From: Terriglobia bacterium
GTDB lineage: Bacteria; Acidobacteriota; Terriglobia; 20CM-2-55-15
NCBI GenBank assembly: GCA_965198225.1
Contig: CBDAOY010000007.1
Location: forward strand, 608,001-672,000
Length of the DNA stretch: 64,000 nt
Direction of reading: 5' to 3'
Shown here: positions 21,303 through 30,365 of the stretch, in pieces
How the letters are laid out: each line of letters starts with the position of its first letter
How positions within the stretch are numbered: position 1 is the stretch's first letter
The notes under the pieces: model-generated
Seen by the model: the letters and a program-made list of their open reading frames with translations, nothing else
Database searches by the model: none
What the model was told of the DNA's origin: nothing
Made by a program: the position numbers and the translations under genes

Positions 21303-21790
21303 AGCCCGTTTACGCACTCTATGCGAGCCCCGAACTGGCTCAGCGAGCCGTGGATGCCCTCAGAAGGGCCGGCATCGCCGACGGCGACATCGCCATCCTG
21401 TCGTCGGAGCCGCTCGAAGAACACGAGTTTGGCCAGCGGGATCGGGCGACTTGGATGTCGGAAATCGCCATCATGGGTGGCGCAGTCGGCCTTCTCACGG
21501 CTTATTTGCTCACGTCACTCTCACAGCGGGCATGGCCTCTGAACACCGGCGGCATGCCGATCGTCTCGCACTGGGCGAACATGGTCCCGTATTTCGAATT
21601 GACGATGCTGGGCATCGTTCTCGCGACGTTCGTGACCCTCCTGATCACTGCCCGGCTGCCTGGCCGAGTCGGGGAACCCTACGATCCGGAAATCGCCAAC
21701 GGCAAGATTCTCATCGGAGTCACCACCCCCCCCGACGCCACCCGGTCCGAGCTCGAGCGGGTGCTCCGGGACGTCCTCCCCGGAATCTGA
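21299..21790 (+). CDS. DUF3341/ActD-like subunit
   Basis: Two TM helices, WPLNTGGMP and FELTML; overlaps the stop of the ActC-like gene. Confidence 0.85.
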   Translation: MKPVYALYASPELAQRAVDALRRAGIADGDIAILSSEPLEEHEFGQRDRATWMSEIAIMGGAVGLLTAYLLTSLSQRAWPLNTGGMPIVSHWANMVPYFELTMLGIVLATFVTLLITARLPGRVGEPYDPEIANGKILIGVTTPPDATRSELERVLRDVLPGI

Positions 21791-22001
21791 ACAGTCGCAC
21801 GGGTGTAGAATAGCTCCTTAGTTTTGATCCGTTTTAAGGGAAACCGCAGTCGGCGTCCGGAGTGGACAGAAGTACTCTTTTGCCATATTGCGGGCCCGGT
21901 CGATTTGTCGAATTGGGCCTTCAGAGATTATCATTAAGTCTGAAGAGGGTCCCGGGCGGGACCCTTTCATTTCATAAAGAGCTTTTCCGGGATTTCATCC
22001 G

Positions 22002-23090
22002 ATGCTACAGGCCCTACTTCCCGAGCACCTGACGCGGCTCACCGACGGCGAGACCGATCGGCGCATCACCGAACTGCGCGATCGACTGGGGCCCCGTCTG
22101 GTCGTCCTCGGCCACCACTACCAGCGCGATGAGGTCATCAAGTTCGCAGACCTCCGCGGCGATTCGTTCAAGCTCGCACAGTGGGCTTCACGGCAGGAGG
22201 ATGCCGAGTACATCCTGTTCTGCGGCGTGCACTTCATGGCCGAGAGCGCCGACATCCTGAGCGCTCCTTACCAGAAGGTGATCCTGCCCGACCTGAACGC
22301 GGGCTGTTCGATGGCCGATATGGCGGCGCTCGATCAGGTGGAGACCTGCTGGGAGCAGTTGCAGGCTCGAACCCCGGAGAAGATCATTCCGATCACCTAC
22401 ATGAACTCCGCCGCCGGCATCAAAGCGTTCTGCGGCCGCAACGACGGCGCGGTATGCACATCTTCGAACGCTCCGGCCGTCATGAGGTGGGCGCTGGAAC
22501 GTGGAGATAAGGTGCTTTTCATGCCCGATCAGCATCTGGGCCGGAACACTGCCTACCAGCTGGGTTTCCGTCTGGAGGAAATGGTCGTGTGGGATCCGTT
22601 CGAGGAGCTGGGCGGAAACACGGAAGAACAGCTGATCGAAAGCCGGTTCGTCCTCTGGAAAGGCCATTGTTCGGTCCATGGAAGATTCCTGCCGCTCCAC
22701 GTCGAGCGCGTTCGCGAGCGGTATCCGGATATCCGCGTGATCTCCCATCCGGAGTGCCGGTTCGATGTCGTGGAGGCCTCCGATTCGGTCGGTTCGACCG
22801 AGCACATCATCAAGTGCGTGACGCAGTCGCCGGCCGGAACGAAGTGGGCGATCGGAACCGAGATCCACCTCGTCAACCGGCTGAAGAACGAAAACCCCGA
22901 TCGTTTCATCATCCCGCTCGACGACTGCGGCTGCCTCTGTTCGACGATGTTCCGGATCGACGCGCCCCACCTGTTGTGGTCGATGGAAAACCTCGTCGAC
23001 GGCAAGCCCGTCAATCAGATCACGGTCCCGGAGAACGTCGCCGAGTGGGCGCGCGTGTCGCTGAACCGGATGCTGGAAATCACGAACTGA
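22002..23090 (+). CDS. nadA: Quinolinate synthase
   Basis: LGHHYQ, FCGVHFMAE, AGCSMAD, YMNS, CTSSNA and HPEC motifs. Confidence 0.98.
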   Translation: MLQALLPEHLTRLTDGETDRRITELRDRLGPRLVVLGHHYQRDEVIKFADLRGDSFKLAQWASRQEDAEYILFCGVHFMAESADILSAPYQKVILPDLNAGCSMADMAALDQVETCWEQLQARTPEKIIPITYMNSAAGIKAFCGRNDGAVCTSSNAPAVMRWALERGDKVLFMPDQHLGRNTAYQLGFRLEEMVVWDPFEELGGNTEEQLIESRFVLWKGHCSVHGRFLPLHVERVRERYPDIRVISHPECRFDVVEASDSVGSTEHIIKCVTQSPAGTKWAIGTEIHLVNRLKNENPDRFIIPLDDCGCLCSTMFRIDAPHLLWSMENLVDGKPVNQITVPENVAEWARVSLNRMLEITN

Positions 23091-23095
23091 AGCAG

Positions 23096-23365
23096 GTGTA
23101 GGTGCGCTCATACAAGCTGTGAACGAATGTCATTTGTTGGAGAATCGGGTGGCGGGGCTTTTCACGAAGAACCTGCGATCCTCAAGTGTAGGTGCGCTCT
23201 ATGAGCGCACAAATGCCCGCGGAACCACAAGTTGTGCGGTCATAGACCGCACCTACACGTGAAAAGCCCCGCCACCCGATTTTCCGTTCCCATAATTCGT
23301 TCACAGCTCGTATGAGCGCACACCCATCGATCCTGAAGAATGTGCGGTCATAGACCGCACCTACA
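23096..23365. repeat. Nested REPIN / TA-flanked MITE / REPIN composite
   Basis: Outer family A REP interrupted at TA by 23113-23310 (terminal IRs CAAGCTGTGAACGAAT / ATTCGTTCACAGCTCG), which contains a second IR pair and an intact REPIN at 23186-23258. Confidence 0.85.
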
Positions 23366-23376
23366 ACTTTCCTTAA

Positions 23377-23649
23377 ATGCCTGCCAGACGCTTCATCGTC
23401 TCCGGTCGCGTCCAGAGAGTCGGCTACCGGTACTTTACTCTGTCGGCCGCACTAAGTTACGGTATCCGCGGCTGGGTGAGGAACACTCCCGACGGCCGCG
23501 TCGAAGTGTACGCTGAAGCCGACGAACCGGGCCTGGAATCCTTCAAGACCGACCTGGAGCGAGGTCCTTTCGGCTCTCGTGTCCGTGACGTTCTCGAGGA
23601 AAGACTCCCGGCTTCCGACTCCTTTTCATCTTTTACGATTCGAGGTTGA
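23377..23649 (+). CDS. acyP: Acylphosphatase
   Basis: [11 protein letters not shown] and [12 protein letters not shown] motifs. Confidence 0.93.
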   Translation: MPARRFIVSGRVQRVGYRYFTLSAALSYGIRGWVRNTPDGRVEVYAEADEPGLESFKTDLERGPFGSRVRDVLEERLPASDSFSSFTIRG

Positions 23650-23653
23650 TTCG

Positions 23654-24169
23654 ATGGACGAGTTCAAACAATTGATCCGCGAGGTGCCCGATTATCCCAA
23701 GCCGGGCATCCTCTTCTATGACATCACCACGTTGCTCAAAGACAGGGAAGGCTTCTGTCGACTCGTCGATTACATGACGCTGCAGACACGACCGATTCAC
23801 GCCGACCTGGTGGCCGGGATCGAAGCACGCGGCTTCATCTTCGCACCTGCGTTGGCATACAACATCAATGCCGGTTTCGTGCCGATCCGGAAACCGAACA
23901 AACTGCCGGCGGAAACCGAAGTCATTACATACGACCTCGAATACGGAACCGACACCCTGGAAATCCACAAGGACGCGGTTCAACCGGGTGATCGCGTCAT
24001 CATCGCCGACGACTTGCTCGCGACCGGCGGAACCGCTCAGGCATCGGCGAAGCTCGTCGAAAAAGCCGGCGGTGTCGTCTCAGGCTTCACCTTCGTTGTC
24101 GAGTTGGAGTTTCTGAGCGGCAGGGACAAGCTGGAAGGCTACGACGTTTTTTCCCTGATTCAGTATTGA
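23654..24169 (+). CDS. apt: Adenine phosphoribosyltransferase
   Basis: [29 protein letters not shown] and DDLLATGGT; ATG at 23654. Confidence 0.97.
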   Translation: MDEFKQLIREVPDYPKPGILFYDITTLLKDREGFCRLVDYMTLQTRPIHADLVAGIEARGFIFAPALAYNINAGFVPIRKPNKLPAETEVITYDLEYGTDTLEIHKDAVQPGDRVIIADDLLATGGTAQASAKLVEKAGGVVSGFTFVVELEFLSGRDKLEGYDVFSLIQY

Positions 24170-24219
24170 TGCGAGATGGAGGCCGGGCTGGGAGCCCGGT
24201 CTCCGTCTAACTATCTCTT

Positions 24220-25002
24220 CTACGGTATCGGCGAGGCCGGCGAGCACTCCGGATGTCCGAATCCCATATCGCTGACCTGATGGCCATTCACGTCCGGAGC
24301 GATGTCGTAGACGATGTTGTCGTCGTTTGGGGTGTTGTCCAGACCGAGCAGCGCTCGGGTCCGCCAGGCGATCGTGTGGTCGGCGCACGAAGTATCACCG
24401 CTTACGCCGATTGCCCCTAAGAGGACCCTGTCGTCATCGTAGAGCGCCAAGCCGCCTCCGAATACGTTCACGCCGCCGATCTTCCTACCGACCATAGGAT
24501 CGTTATGCTGACCGTACTTCTTGGCGTTGCCGCGATAGGCTACGCCGACATCCACGGGGTTGCTCTCCTGCAGTCCAAACAGGCTCTCGTCGGGTTGCAC
24601 TGCCGAAAACAGGTTGGCGGTCGACAGGGCCAGGATTGGAAGACTGAAGGCATTCGCCGTGTTGGCCTTTTGGGCTGAAATCGCGCGGCTTCCCGGCCAC
24701 TGGTCCCCACGATCGCCCCCCGTGAACGCGACGGCACACACTTCGCCGTCGCGGTTCACCATGGTTCCCCACATGTTCAGACCAAACCCACCGTTGTCGC
24801 CGAAGAATTCGTTTACGGCGACCAGTGTCAGCGCTGCCTTGAGGTCGGCGTGGTTGGGAAGGTCCCCGCACCCACCTCCTCCATCGTCATCGTCGTCGTC
24901 CCCAGACCAGGGTCCGGCAGCCAGGGCCAGCGCGGGAACCAGGCAAAATAGAACTACAAGAAAGGCTTGATGTTTGAATCTCATGAGCGTGTGCAACTTC
25001 AT
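24220..25002 (-). CDS. Secreted heme-binding protein (GlcG/HbpS family)
   Basis: Signal peptide; SRAISAQKANTA, VFGGGLAL and GAIGVSG motifs; ATG at 25002 follows GGAGG. Confidence 0.85.
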   Translation of the reverse strand: MKLHTLMRFKHQAFLVVLFCLVPALALAAGPWSGDDDDDDGGGGCGDLPNHADLKAALTLVAVNEFFGDNGGFGLNMWGTMVNRDGEVCAVAFTGGDRGDQWPGSRAISAQKANTANAFSLPILALSTANLFSAVQPDESLFGLQESNPVDVGVAYRGNAKKYGQHNDPMVGRKIGGVNVFGGGLALYDDDRVLLGAIGVSGDTSCADHTIAWRTRALLGLDNTPNDDNIVYDIAPDVNGHQVSDMGFGHPECSPASPIP

Positions 25003-25561
25003 TCTCTGATGACCTCCGATTCGACTTGGGTGTGTCCCCACAGTTTGAGTGTTCACTTCCGGACGTCGGCCCGCAAGGATCTGAGAAGCTCCGATGTCGT
25101 GTCGCGCTCTCGTCTTAACTCGACCGAGGCACAACCCGCCTCTCGAGGCCGGATCCGGTTTGCGAACCCCGCAACTCCGAACCACTCATTTAGTTGTTAG
25201 GATGCGTCTTGCAGTGATAGGACCGACGCTTGCCTGCGTTGCCCTTTGCTGCTAGGAAGGTTGCTTATTCTTACGCGAAAGACATGCAGAAATCCAGCGT
25301 TTCTGGCGCAGACGAGGTAAGGCAGCGGTGTTGCGTGGCACTTTCGCCCCACGTGAGGCTCGCGTCGATGGCCTAAGACCCGCCGCGACACCGGCGCCTT
25401 TGTTCGGTGGGTTGTAACCAGTTTCAAGCTGGCGATTCGGGCACGAATGCGGGCACAATGACCGTGGGCGCGCAGCAGTGATGGAGTGCTCAGACGGGAC
25501 GAAGACTGAAAGGATTTTCCGGGTTTTTCGTTGTGGAGTTCGCCTACCGCCCCACAAGCAC

Positions 25562-25635
25562 GGCCCTGTAGCTCAGTAGGATAGAGCAGCGGTTTCCTAA
25601 ACCGAAGGTCGCAGGTTCGACTCCTGCCAGGGCTA
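25562..25635 (+). tRNA. tRNA-Arg (anticodon CCT), CCA not encoded
   Basis: Acceptor stem GGCCCTG/CAGGGCT, D arm GCTCAGTAGGATAGAGC, anticodon loop TTCCTAA, T loop GTTCGAC. Confidence 0.95.
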
Positions 25636-25651
25636 TTTTCCCCCAACCCGG

Positions 25652-26050
25652 TCAGTAATCGATGTAGACGAATCGGTGTGGAGCCCCCGCTTGGATCTCG
25701 AACGTGAGGCGGGAAGGGTGGCCGGCGTCGGCGGGGGCGAACGTCATGATGACCGTGTAGGGACCCTTGGGCATCGCACCTTCGAAAGGCGATACGCTGA
25801 AGTCCTTTCGGATCGTCCGCAGCATCTCCATCAAGTCTTCTTCGGGGTGGGCGTCTGTGATGACCGGCGCCATCTTTTCTTTGATGAACACCCGAAGCGG
25901 CTCGTCACCTTCGCTCTCGATCATCTCCTGCAGCGCCATGACGGCCTTGAACCGCGGTGAATTCGGGTCGGCTTCGCGCTGAGCCAGAGCGACGGGAACC
26001 AGGGATACAGTGATCAGGACAGCGAGGGCCGCACGGAACGTAACTCTCAT
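25652..26050 (-). CDS. Hypothetical secreted protein
   Basis: Signal peptide ending VALA, AAGGAG RBS, gene-like codon usage. Confidence 0.7.
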   Translation of the reverse strand: MRVTFRAALAVLITVSLVPVALAQREADPNSPRFKAVMALQEMIESEGDEPLRVFIKEKMAPVITDAHPEEDLMEMLRTIRKDFSVSPFEGAMPKGPYTVIMTFAPADAGHPSRLTFEIQAGAPHRFVYIDY

Positions 26051-26230
26051 CGGATGCTCCTTCAGTTTCTCCAGCCAGGAGGATTTCAGAGATTACATCA
26101 TACCCTTCGGGTCTCTCAAAATGGTTAAGGGATGGTTAAGGATGCAAGACGAGCCGCCAGTAATCGGTAGTTTGCGGTGCCGGATTGGCGTTCAGGATCA
26201 TCAGAGGCTTGCCGGCGAGCCGAGGCCCCC

Positions 26231-26265
26231 AACTGACAACTGACTACTTACAACTGACTGCTGAC
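26231..26265. repeat. Heptamer-type short repeats (ACTGAC/AACTGAC)
   Basis: AACTGACAACTGACTACTTACAACTGACTGCTGAC; reverse-oriented relatives at 3107-3125 and 11648-11659. Confidence 0.6.
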
Positions 26266-26393
26266 AAGCAGCGGCCCCCGGCCGCAGCTTGTCTTTACCC
26301 CCTCGCTAGCTTAGAATCGACAAGTTTGGAAAAGGTCTGGAAGTCTCGCCGACACGGGTGGTTTCGAAAACCGTGCGGCGAGGGAGGTTGCGT

Positions 26394-27107
26394 TTGGCGC
26401 GTAAGAGGTTGAGCCGGAAGGAACTCGTTCAGAAGGACGAGATCACGACGACACTGGAGGCGACCACCGCGTTTCTTCTGGAGCACAGCAAGCCCATCGC
26501 GACCAGTGTGGGCATCGCCGTGGCCCTCGTAGCGGTCTTTGTTGCCTGGAGCATCTACTCTGCGAACCGTGAAGCGAACTCCCAGAGCGCGCTTTCCGAA
26601 GTCATCGCCACGTTTACCGATACCGAAGGCTTCGATTCGGACGAGCGTCGGTTTGAAACAGCGCTTGCCGAGGCACAAGTCGTACGGGACGATTATTCGG
26701 ACCTCCGGGCTGGCCAGATCGCCGAGTACTACATGGCGTTGAGTCAAGAAGGCTTGGGGAACACGACAGAGTCGGTGCGGATCCTGCAAGGGCTGATCGA
26801 GAACGGCGGGGAAACGATTCAACAGGTGGCCCGCTACGCTCTGGCGGAATCGTACAAGAACCACGGTGAGTTGGAGACGGCGATCGCCGTCTTGCAGGAA
26901 TTGGTCGACACCTCGGGTTATTCGCAGGGTGCCGTGTTCTACGAACTGGGCCGCTTGCACGAAGCGATTGCGAAGCCGGAAGAAGCCCGGAGCTATTACG
27001 AGTCGATTGTCGGGGAGTACCCGGACTCTCCGTTCCGGCCCGACGCGGACCGGGCTCTGGAACGGCTCGGAACAGAAGAAACTCCAACCGAGGAAGCAGA
27101 GTCTTGA
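26394..27107 (+). CDS. YfgM-like single-TM TPR protein
   Basis: RKELVQKDE, one TM helix, TPR helices, C-terminal YPDSPF; likely TTG start after GGGAGG. Confidence 0.8.
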   Translation: MARKRLSRKELVQKDEITTTLEATTAFLLEHSKPIATSVGIAVALVAVFVAWSIYSANREANSQSALSEVIATFTDTEGFDSDERRFETALAEAQVVRDDYSDLRAGQIAEYYMALSQEGLGNTTESVRILQGLIENGGETIQQVARYALAESYKNHGELETAIAVLQELVDTSGYSQGAVFYELGRLHEAIAKPEEARSYYESIVGEYPDSPFRPDADRALERLGTEETPTEEAES

Positions 27108-27176
27108 AACGACTTCAACGCGCCGGCGGCCACCTCTCGCCGGCACGCCTGGTCGATTGGAGTCCGGTGTCTTTTT

Positions 27177-27728
27177 ATGAAGCATCACGTCGTCGACCTG
27201 AAGGAAGTCGGTGGTGAGAGGGTCGACCTGGAAGGCTGCCTCGAGCCGGGAGAAGTCGATTTCTCGGCGGAACCTCTGCGGCAGGTGGAACTCCTGGACT
27301 GGGCCGGGTCAATCGAACGAACCGGCGATGAGATCCGTTTTCGGGGCCGACTCAAAACCCGTCTCGAGCTGGTCTGTGTTCGATGCCTCAAGCCGATCGA
27401 ACAACCTGTTGAGCGAGAGTTTGACTTACATTTTCGGCAGCGCGACAGTTTCGTCTACGACGAAGACGCCGACATCGAGCTGAAAGAAGCCGACACGCAG
27501 ACATCTTTCATGACCGGGGCGGAATTGCCGCTGGCGGGGATTTTCCGTGAGCAGGTTCTGCTCGGGATTCCAATGAAGCCGCTGTGCTCGACCGATTGCA
27601 GTGGGCTGTGTCCGTCCTGCGGCATCAACCGGAACGCCGGTTCTTGCGACTGTCCCGCACAACCGATGAGCCCGGCCTTCGAAGGGCTGCTTCAACTCAA
27701 GAAGCGGCTCGAGGAGCGGAGTACTTAG
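27177..27728 (+). CDS. yceD: DUF177/YceD family protein
   Basis: CVRCL and PMKPLCSTDCSGLCPSCG; upstream of rpmF. Confidence 0.92.
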   Translation: MKHHVVDLKEVGGERVDLEGCLEPGEVDFSAEPLRQVELLDWAGSIERTGDEIRFRGRLKTRLELVCVRCLKPIEQPVEREFDLHFRQRDSFVYDEDADIELKEADTQTSFMTGAELPLAGIFREQVLLGIPMKPLCSTDCSGLCPSCGINRNAGSCDCPAQPMSPAFEGLLQLKKRLEERST

Positions 27729-27733
27729 AAACA

Positions 27734-27916
27734 ATGCCAAATCCGAAACGTCGACACTCAAAAGCTCGTACCGGGAAGAGACGCGCCCACGACGGCCTGA
27801 AGGGTCCGTCGTTCTCCGAGTGCCCGAACTGCCACGAGATGAAGCTGCCCCACCGGGCCTGCCCGCACTGCGGCTACTACAAGGATCGAGAAGTCATCGA
27901 GACTGAAGAGGAGTAA
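27734..27916 (+). CDS. rpmF: 50S ribosomal protein L32
   Basis: MPNPKRRHSKAR...CPNC...PHRACPHCGYY. Confidence 0.97.
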   Translation: MPNPKRRHSKARTGKRRAHDGLKGPSFSECPNCHEMKLPHRACPHCGYYKDREVIETEEE

Positions 27917-27939
27917 GTTCAGCAGACTGAACGAATCAT

Positions 27940-29028
27940 ATGACGAAGATTGCCGTTGACGCGATGGGAAGCGATAACGCTCCCCAGGTCGAGGTGGATG
28001 GAGCGGTTGCCGCGGCTTCGGAGTACGGCATCGACGTCGTCCTCGTCGGGCGCGAAGATCCGATCCGCCGGGCTCTCGAGTCGCACGACACTGGCGGTCT
28101 GTCGATCGAGGTCGTGCATGCCGCCGAAGTGGTCGGTATGGACGAGTCCCCACTGGCGGCGGTCCGGAAGAAAAAAGACTCCTCGATCCGGGTCCTCGCC
28201 GATCTGATGCGCGATTCGGAGGTATCGGGTGTGGTCAGTGCCGGCAACACGGGTGCCGTGATGGCGACCGTGAAACTGGTCGCCGGCACCTTGAGCGTTG
28301 TAGCCAGGCCGGCGTTGAGCACCGTTCTGCCCACCCAGAAAGGCAAACCGGCGATACTTCTCGACGTGGGAGCGAACGTCGACTGCAAACCTCTACATCT
28401 GGAACAGTTTGCCATCATGGGCGACATCTACTCGCGGGCGATCTTCGGCATTCGCCGGCCGCGAGTCGGCCTGCTCTCGATCGGCGAAGAAGACTCCAAA
28501 GGCAACGAGCTGACGAAAGAGGTGTTCAAGGCGCTGAAGCGAGCACCGCTCAATTTTGTCGGCAACGTCGAAGGACGGGACATATTCAAGGGTGACACCG
28601 ACGTGATCGTCTGCGACGGATTCACGGGAAACGTGGCTTTGAAGTTGAGTGAGGGGTTGATCGAGACGGCGACCGAACTGCTCGGCCAGGAGCTTCAGAA
28701 GACGCTTTCTGCGAAAGCCGGCTACATGCTGGCGCAGAAGGCCTTCCAACAGTTCAAGCTGCGCCTCGACTACTCCGAGTACGGTGGCGCGCCGCTTCTG
28801 GGAATCAAGGGGATCGGTATCGTCTGCCACGGTCGTTCAAATCCCAACGCTCTCAAGAACGCGATCCGGGTGGCTCACGAGTTCTGCAAACACGACGTCA
28901 ACAAAGCCATCGAGCAGGAATTCCACAAGCTGGGCTTCATCAAAGCCGATTCAACCGGGCCCGAGGGGGCTAATCGAGGCCCGCAGGACGCGGCGGAGAG
29001 TTCCGGCGCCGTGAGACAGCGCGGTTGA
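27940..29028 (+). CDS. plsX: Phosphate acyltransferase
   Basis: IAVDAMGSD, SAGNTGA, DVGAN and CDGFTGN motifs. Confidence 0.97.
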   Translation: MTKIAVDAMGSDNAPQVEVDGAVAAASEYGIDVVLVGREDPIRRALESHDTGGLSIEVVHAAEVVGMDESPLAAVRKKKDSSIRVLADLMRDSEVSGVVSAGNTGAVMATVKLVAGTLSVVARPALSTVLPTQKGKPAILLDVGANVDCKPLHLEQFAIMGDIYSRAIFGIRRPRVGLLSIGEEDSKGNELTKEVFKALKRAPLNFVGNVEGRDIFKGDTDVIVCDGFTGNVALKLSEGLIETATELLGQELQKTLSAKAGYMLAQKAFQQFKLRLDYSEYGGAPLLGIKGIGIVCHGRSNPNALKNAIRVAHEFCKHDVNKAIEQEFHKLGFIKADSTGPEGANRGPQDAAESSGAVRQRG

Positions 29029-29053
29029 AACGGTCTCCGACAGACCTACTCTG

Positions 29054-29989
29054 ATGTCTGGAAGAGTTGCCCTCATCTTCCCCGGCCAGGGCTCCCAGTA
29101 TGCAGGGATGGGTAGAGAGCTTGCCGAGAGGTTCCCGGCGGCGGCGGCGGTCTACCAGCAGGCGGACCAGGCTCTGGGTTTCTCCCTCACCGAGCTCTGC
29201 TTCGGCGGCCCCGAGGAAGACCTCAAGCTTACCGAGAACACTCAGCCTGCAATTCTGACTACCGCCACGGCGGTCTATAGCGTGCTGGAAGAGCGCGGGG
29301 TGCGGCCCGATTTCGTGGCCGGTCACAGCCTCGGAGAGTACAGTGGGCTGGTCGCAGCCGGATCTATCTCCTTTCCCGAAGCGGTAACGCTGGTTCGTCG
29401 GCGGGGACAGTACATGCAGGAGGCCGTGCCGGTAGGCGAAGGTGCGATGGCTGCGATTCTCGGGCTGGATGCCGCCGCGGTGGACGATGTATGCCTCCGT
29501 GCCGGCGATGGACGGGTCGTCGCTGCCGCCAACATCAATTCCCCCAGGCAAATCGTGATCGCGGGGCATCGCGACGCGGTCGACCGGGCCCTGAAGCTGG
29601 CCAAGGAGTCGGGTGCTCGCCGCGCAATCCTGCTTCCGGTCAGCGCGCCTTTTCATTGCAGCTTGATGAGGCCGGCTGAGACGCGGCTGGCGGAGGATCT
29701 GGACTCTATCGGGTTTGGCGATCTGAAGTTTCCCCTGATCACGAACGCGGAGGCGCGACCCGTGCGGGAAGGGGAAGAGGCTCGCAGAGCCTTGAAATTG
29801 CAGGTGTCCAGACCGGTGCGCTGGCACGCGACCATCCGGTTGCTCCTGGACGAAGGTGTCGATACTTTCGTCGAGGTTGGTCCGGGCAAAGTCCTGACAG
29901 GGTTGGTTCGATCCGTCGAAAAGTCGGTTACAATGCTCAATGCAGAGGACGAGAGATCGCTGGATCAGACCCTCGCCGCGCTCCTATAG
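29054..29989 (+). CDS. fabD: Malonyl-CoA:ACP transacylase
   Basis: FPGQGSQ, GHSLGE and VSAPFH motifs. Confidence 0.97.
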   Translation: MSGRVALIFPGQGSQYAGMGRELAERFPAAAAVYQQADQALGFSLTELCFGGPEEDLKLTENTQPAILTTATAVYSVLEERGVRPDFVAGHSLGEYSGLVAAGSISFPEAVTLVRRRGQYMQEAVPVGEGAMAAILGLDAAAVDDVCLRAGDGRVVAAANINSPRQIVIAGHRDAVDRALKLAKESGARRAILLPVSAPFHCSLMRPAETRLAEDLDSIGFGDLKFPLITNAEARPVREGEEARRALKLQVSRPVRWHATIRLLLDEGVDTFVEVGPGKVLTGLVRSVEKSVTMLNAEDERSLDQTLAALL

Positions 29990-30101
29990 TGTCAGGTTTT
30001 TGTGCCGGTTCCGGCCGGCTCCGTCGAGGCACCCGAATTCGACTACCCTTCGCCCCGGGGTGTGTGGGCGCGCAAGAAAACTAAAGACGGAGGTTGTTTA
30101 A

Positions 30102-30347
30102 ATGTCTGCTTCGGTTGAAGAAAAGGTAAAGGAAATAATCGTCGAGCAACTCAGCGTGGATGAGGGGGAGGTGACTGCCACCGCTTCATTCATCGACGAC
30201 TTGGGTGCCGACTCGCTGGACACCGTGGAACTGGTGATGGCCCTGGAAGAAGGCTTCAGCATCGAAATCCCCGACGACGCCGCGGAAAAGATCACCACCG
30301 TCGGTGAGGCCGTGCAGTACATCGAAGCCCACGTGCCTAAGTCCTAA
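30102..30347 (+). CDS. acpP: Acyl carrier protein
   Basis: [14 protein letters not shown]. Confidence 0.98.
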   Translation: MSASVEEKVKEIIVEQLSVDEGEVTATASFIDDLGADSLDTVELVMALEEGFSIEIPDDAAEKITTVGEAVQYIEAHVPKS

Positions 30348-30365
30348 CCTGAACCGGAGGTCAAG

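Noticed and set aside
21790-22001. NAD+-I (nadA motif) riboswitch, known from Acidobacteria
   Set aside because: The conserved core as I recall it (ACAACCCCGTAG...CAGCG) is not visible. An Infernal search would be needed to exclude it fully.
25197-25646. 149-aa ORF
   Set aside because: It is a translation across the tRNA complement and non-coding DNA.
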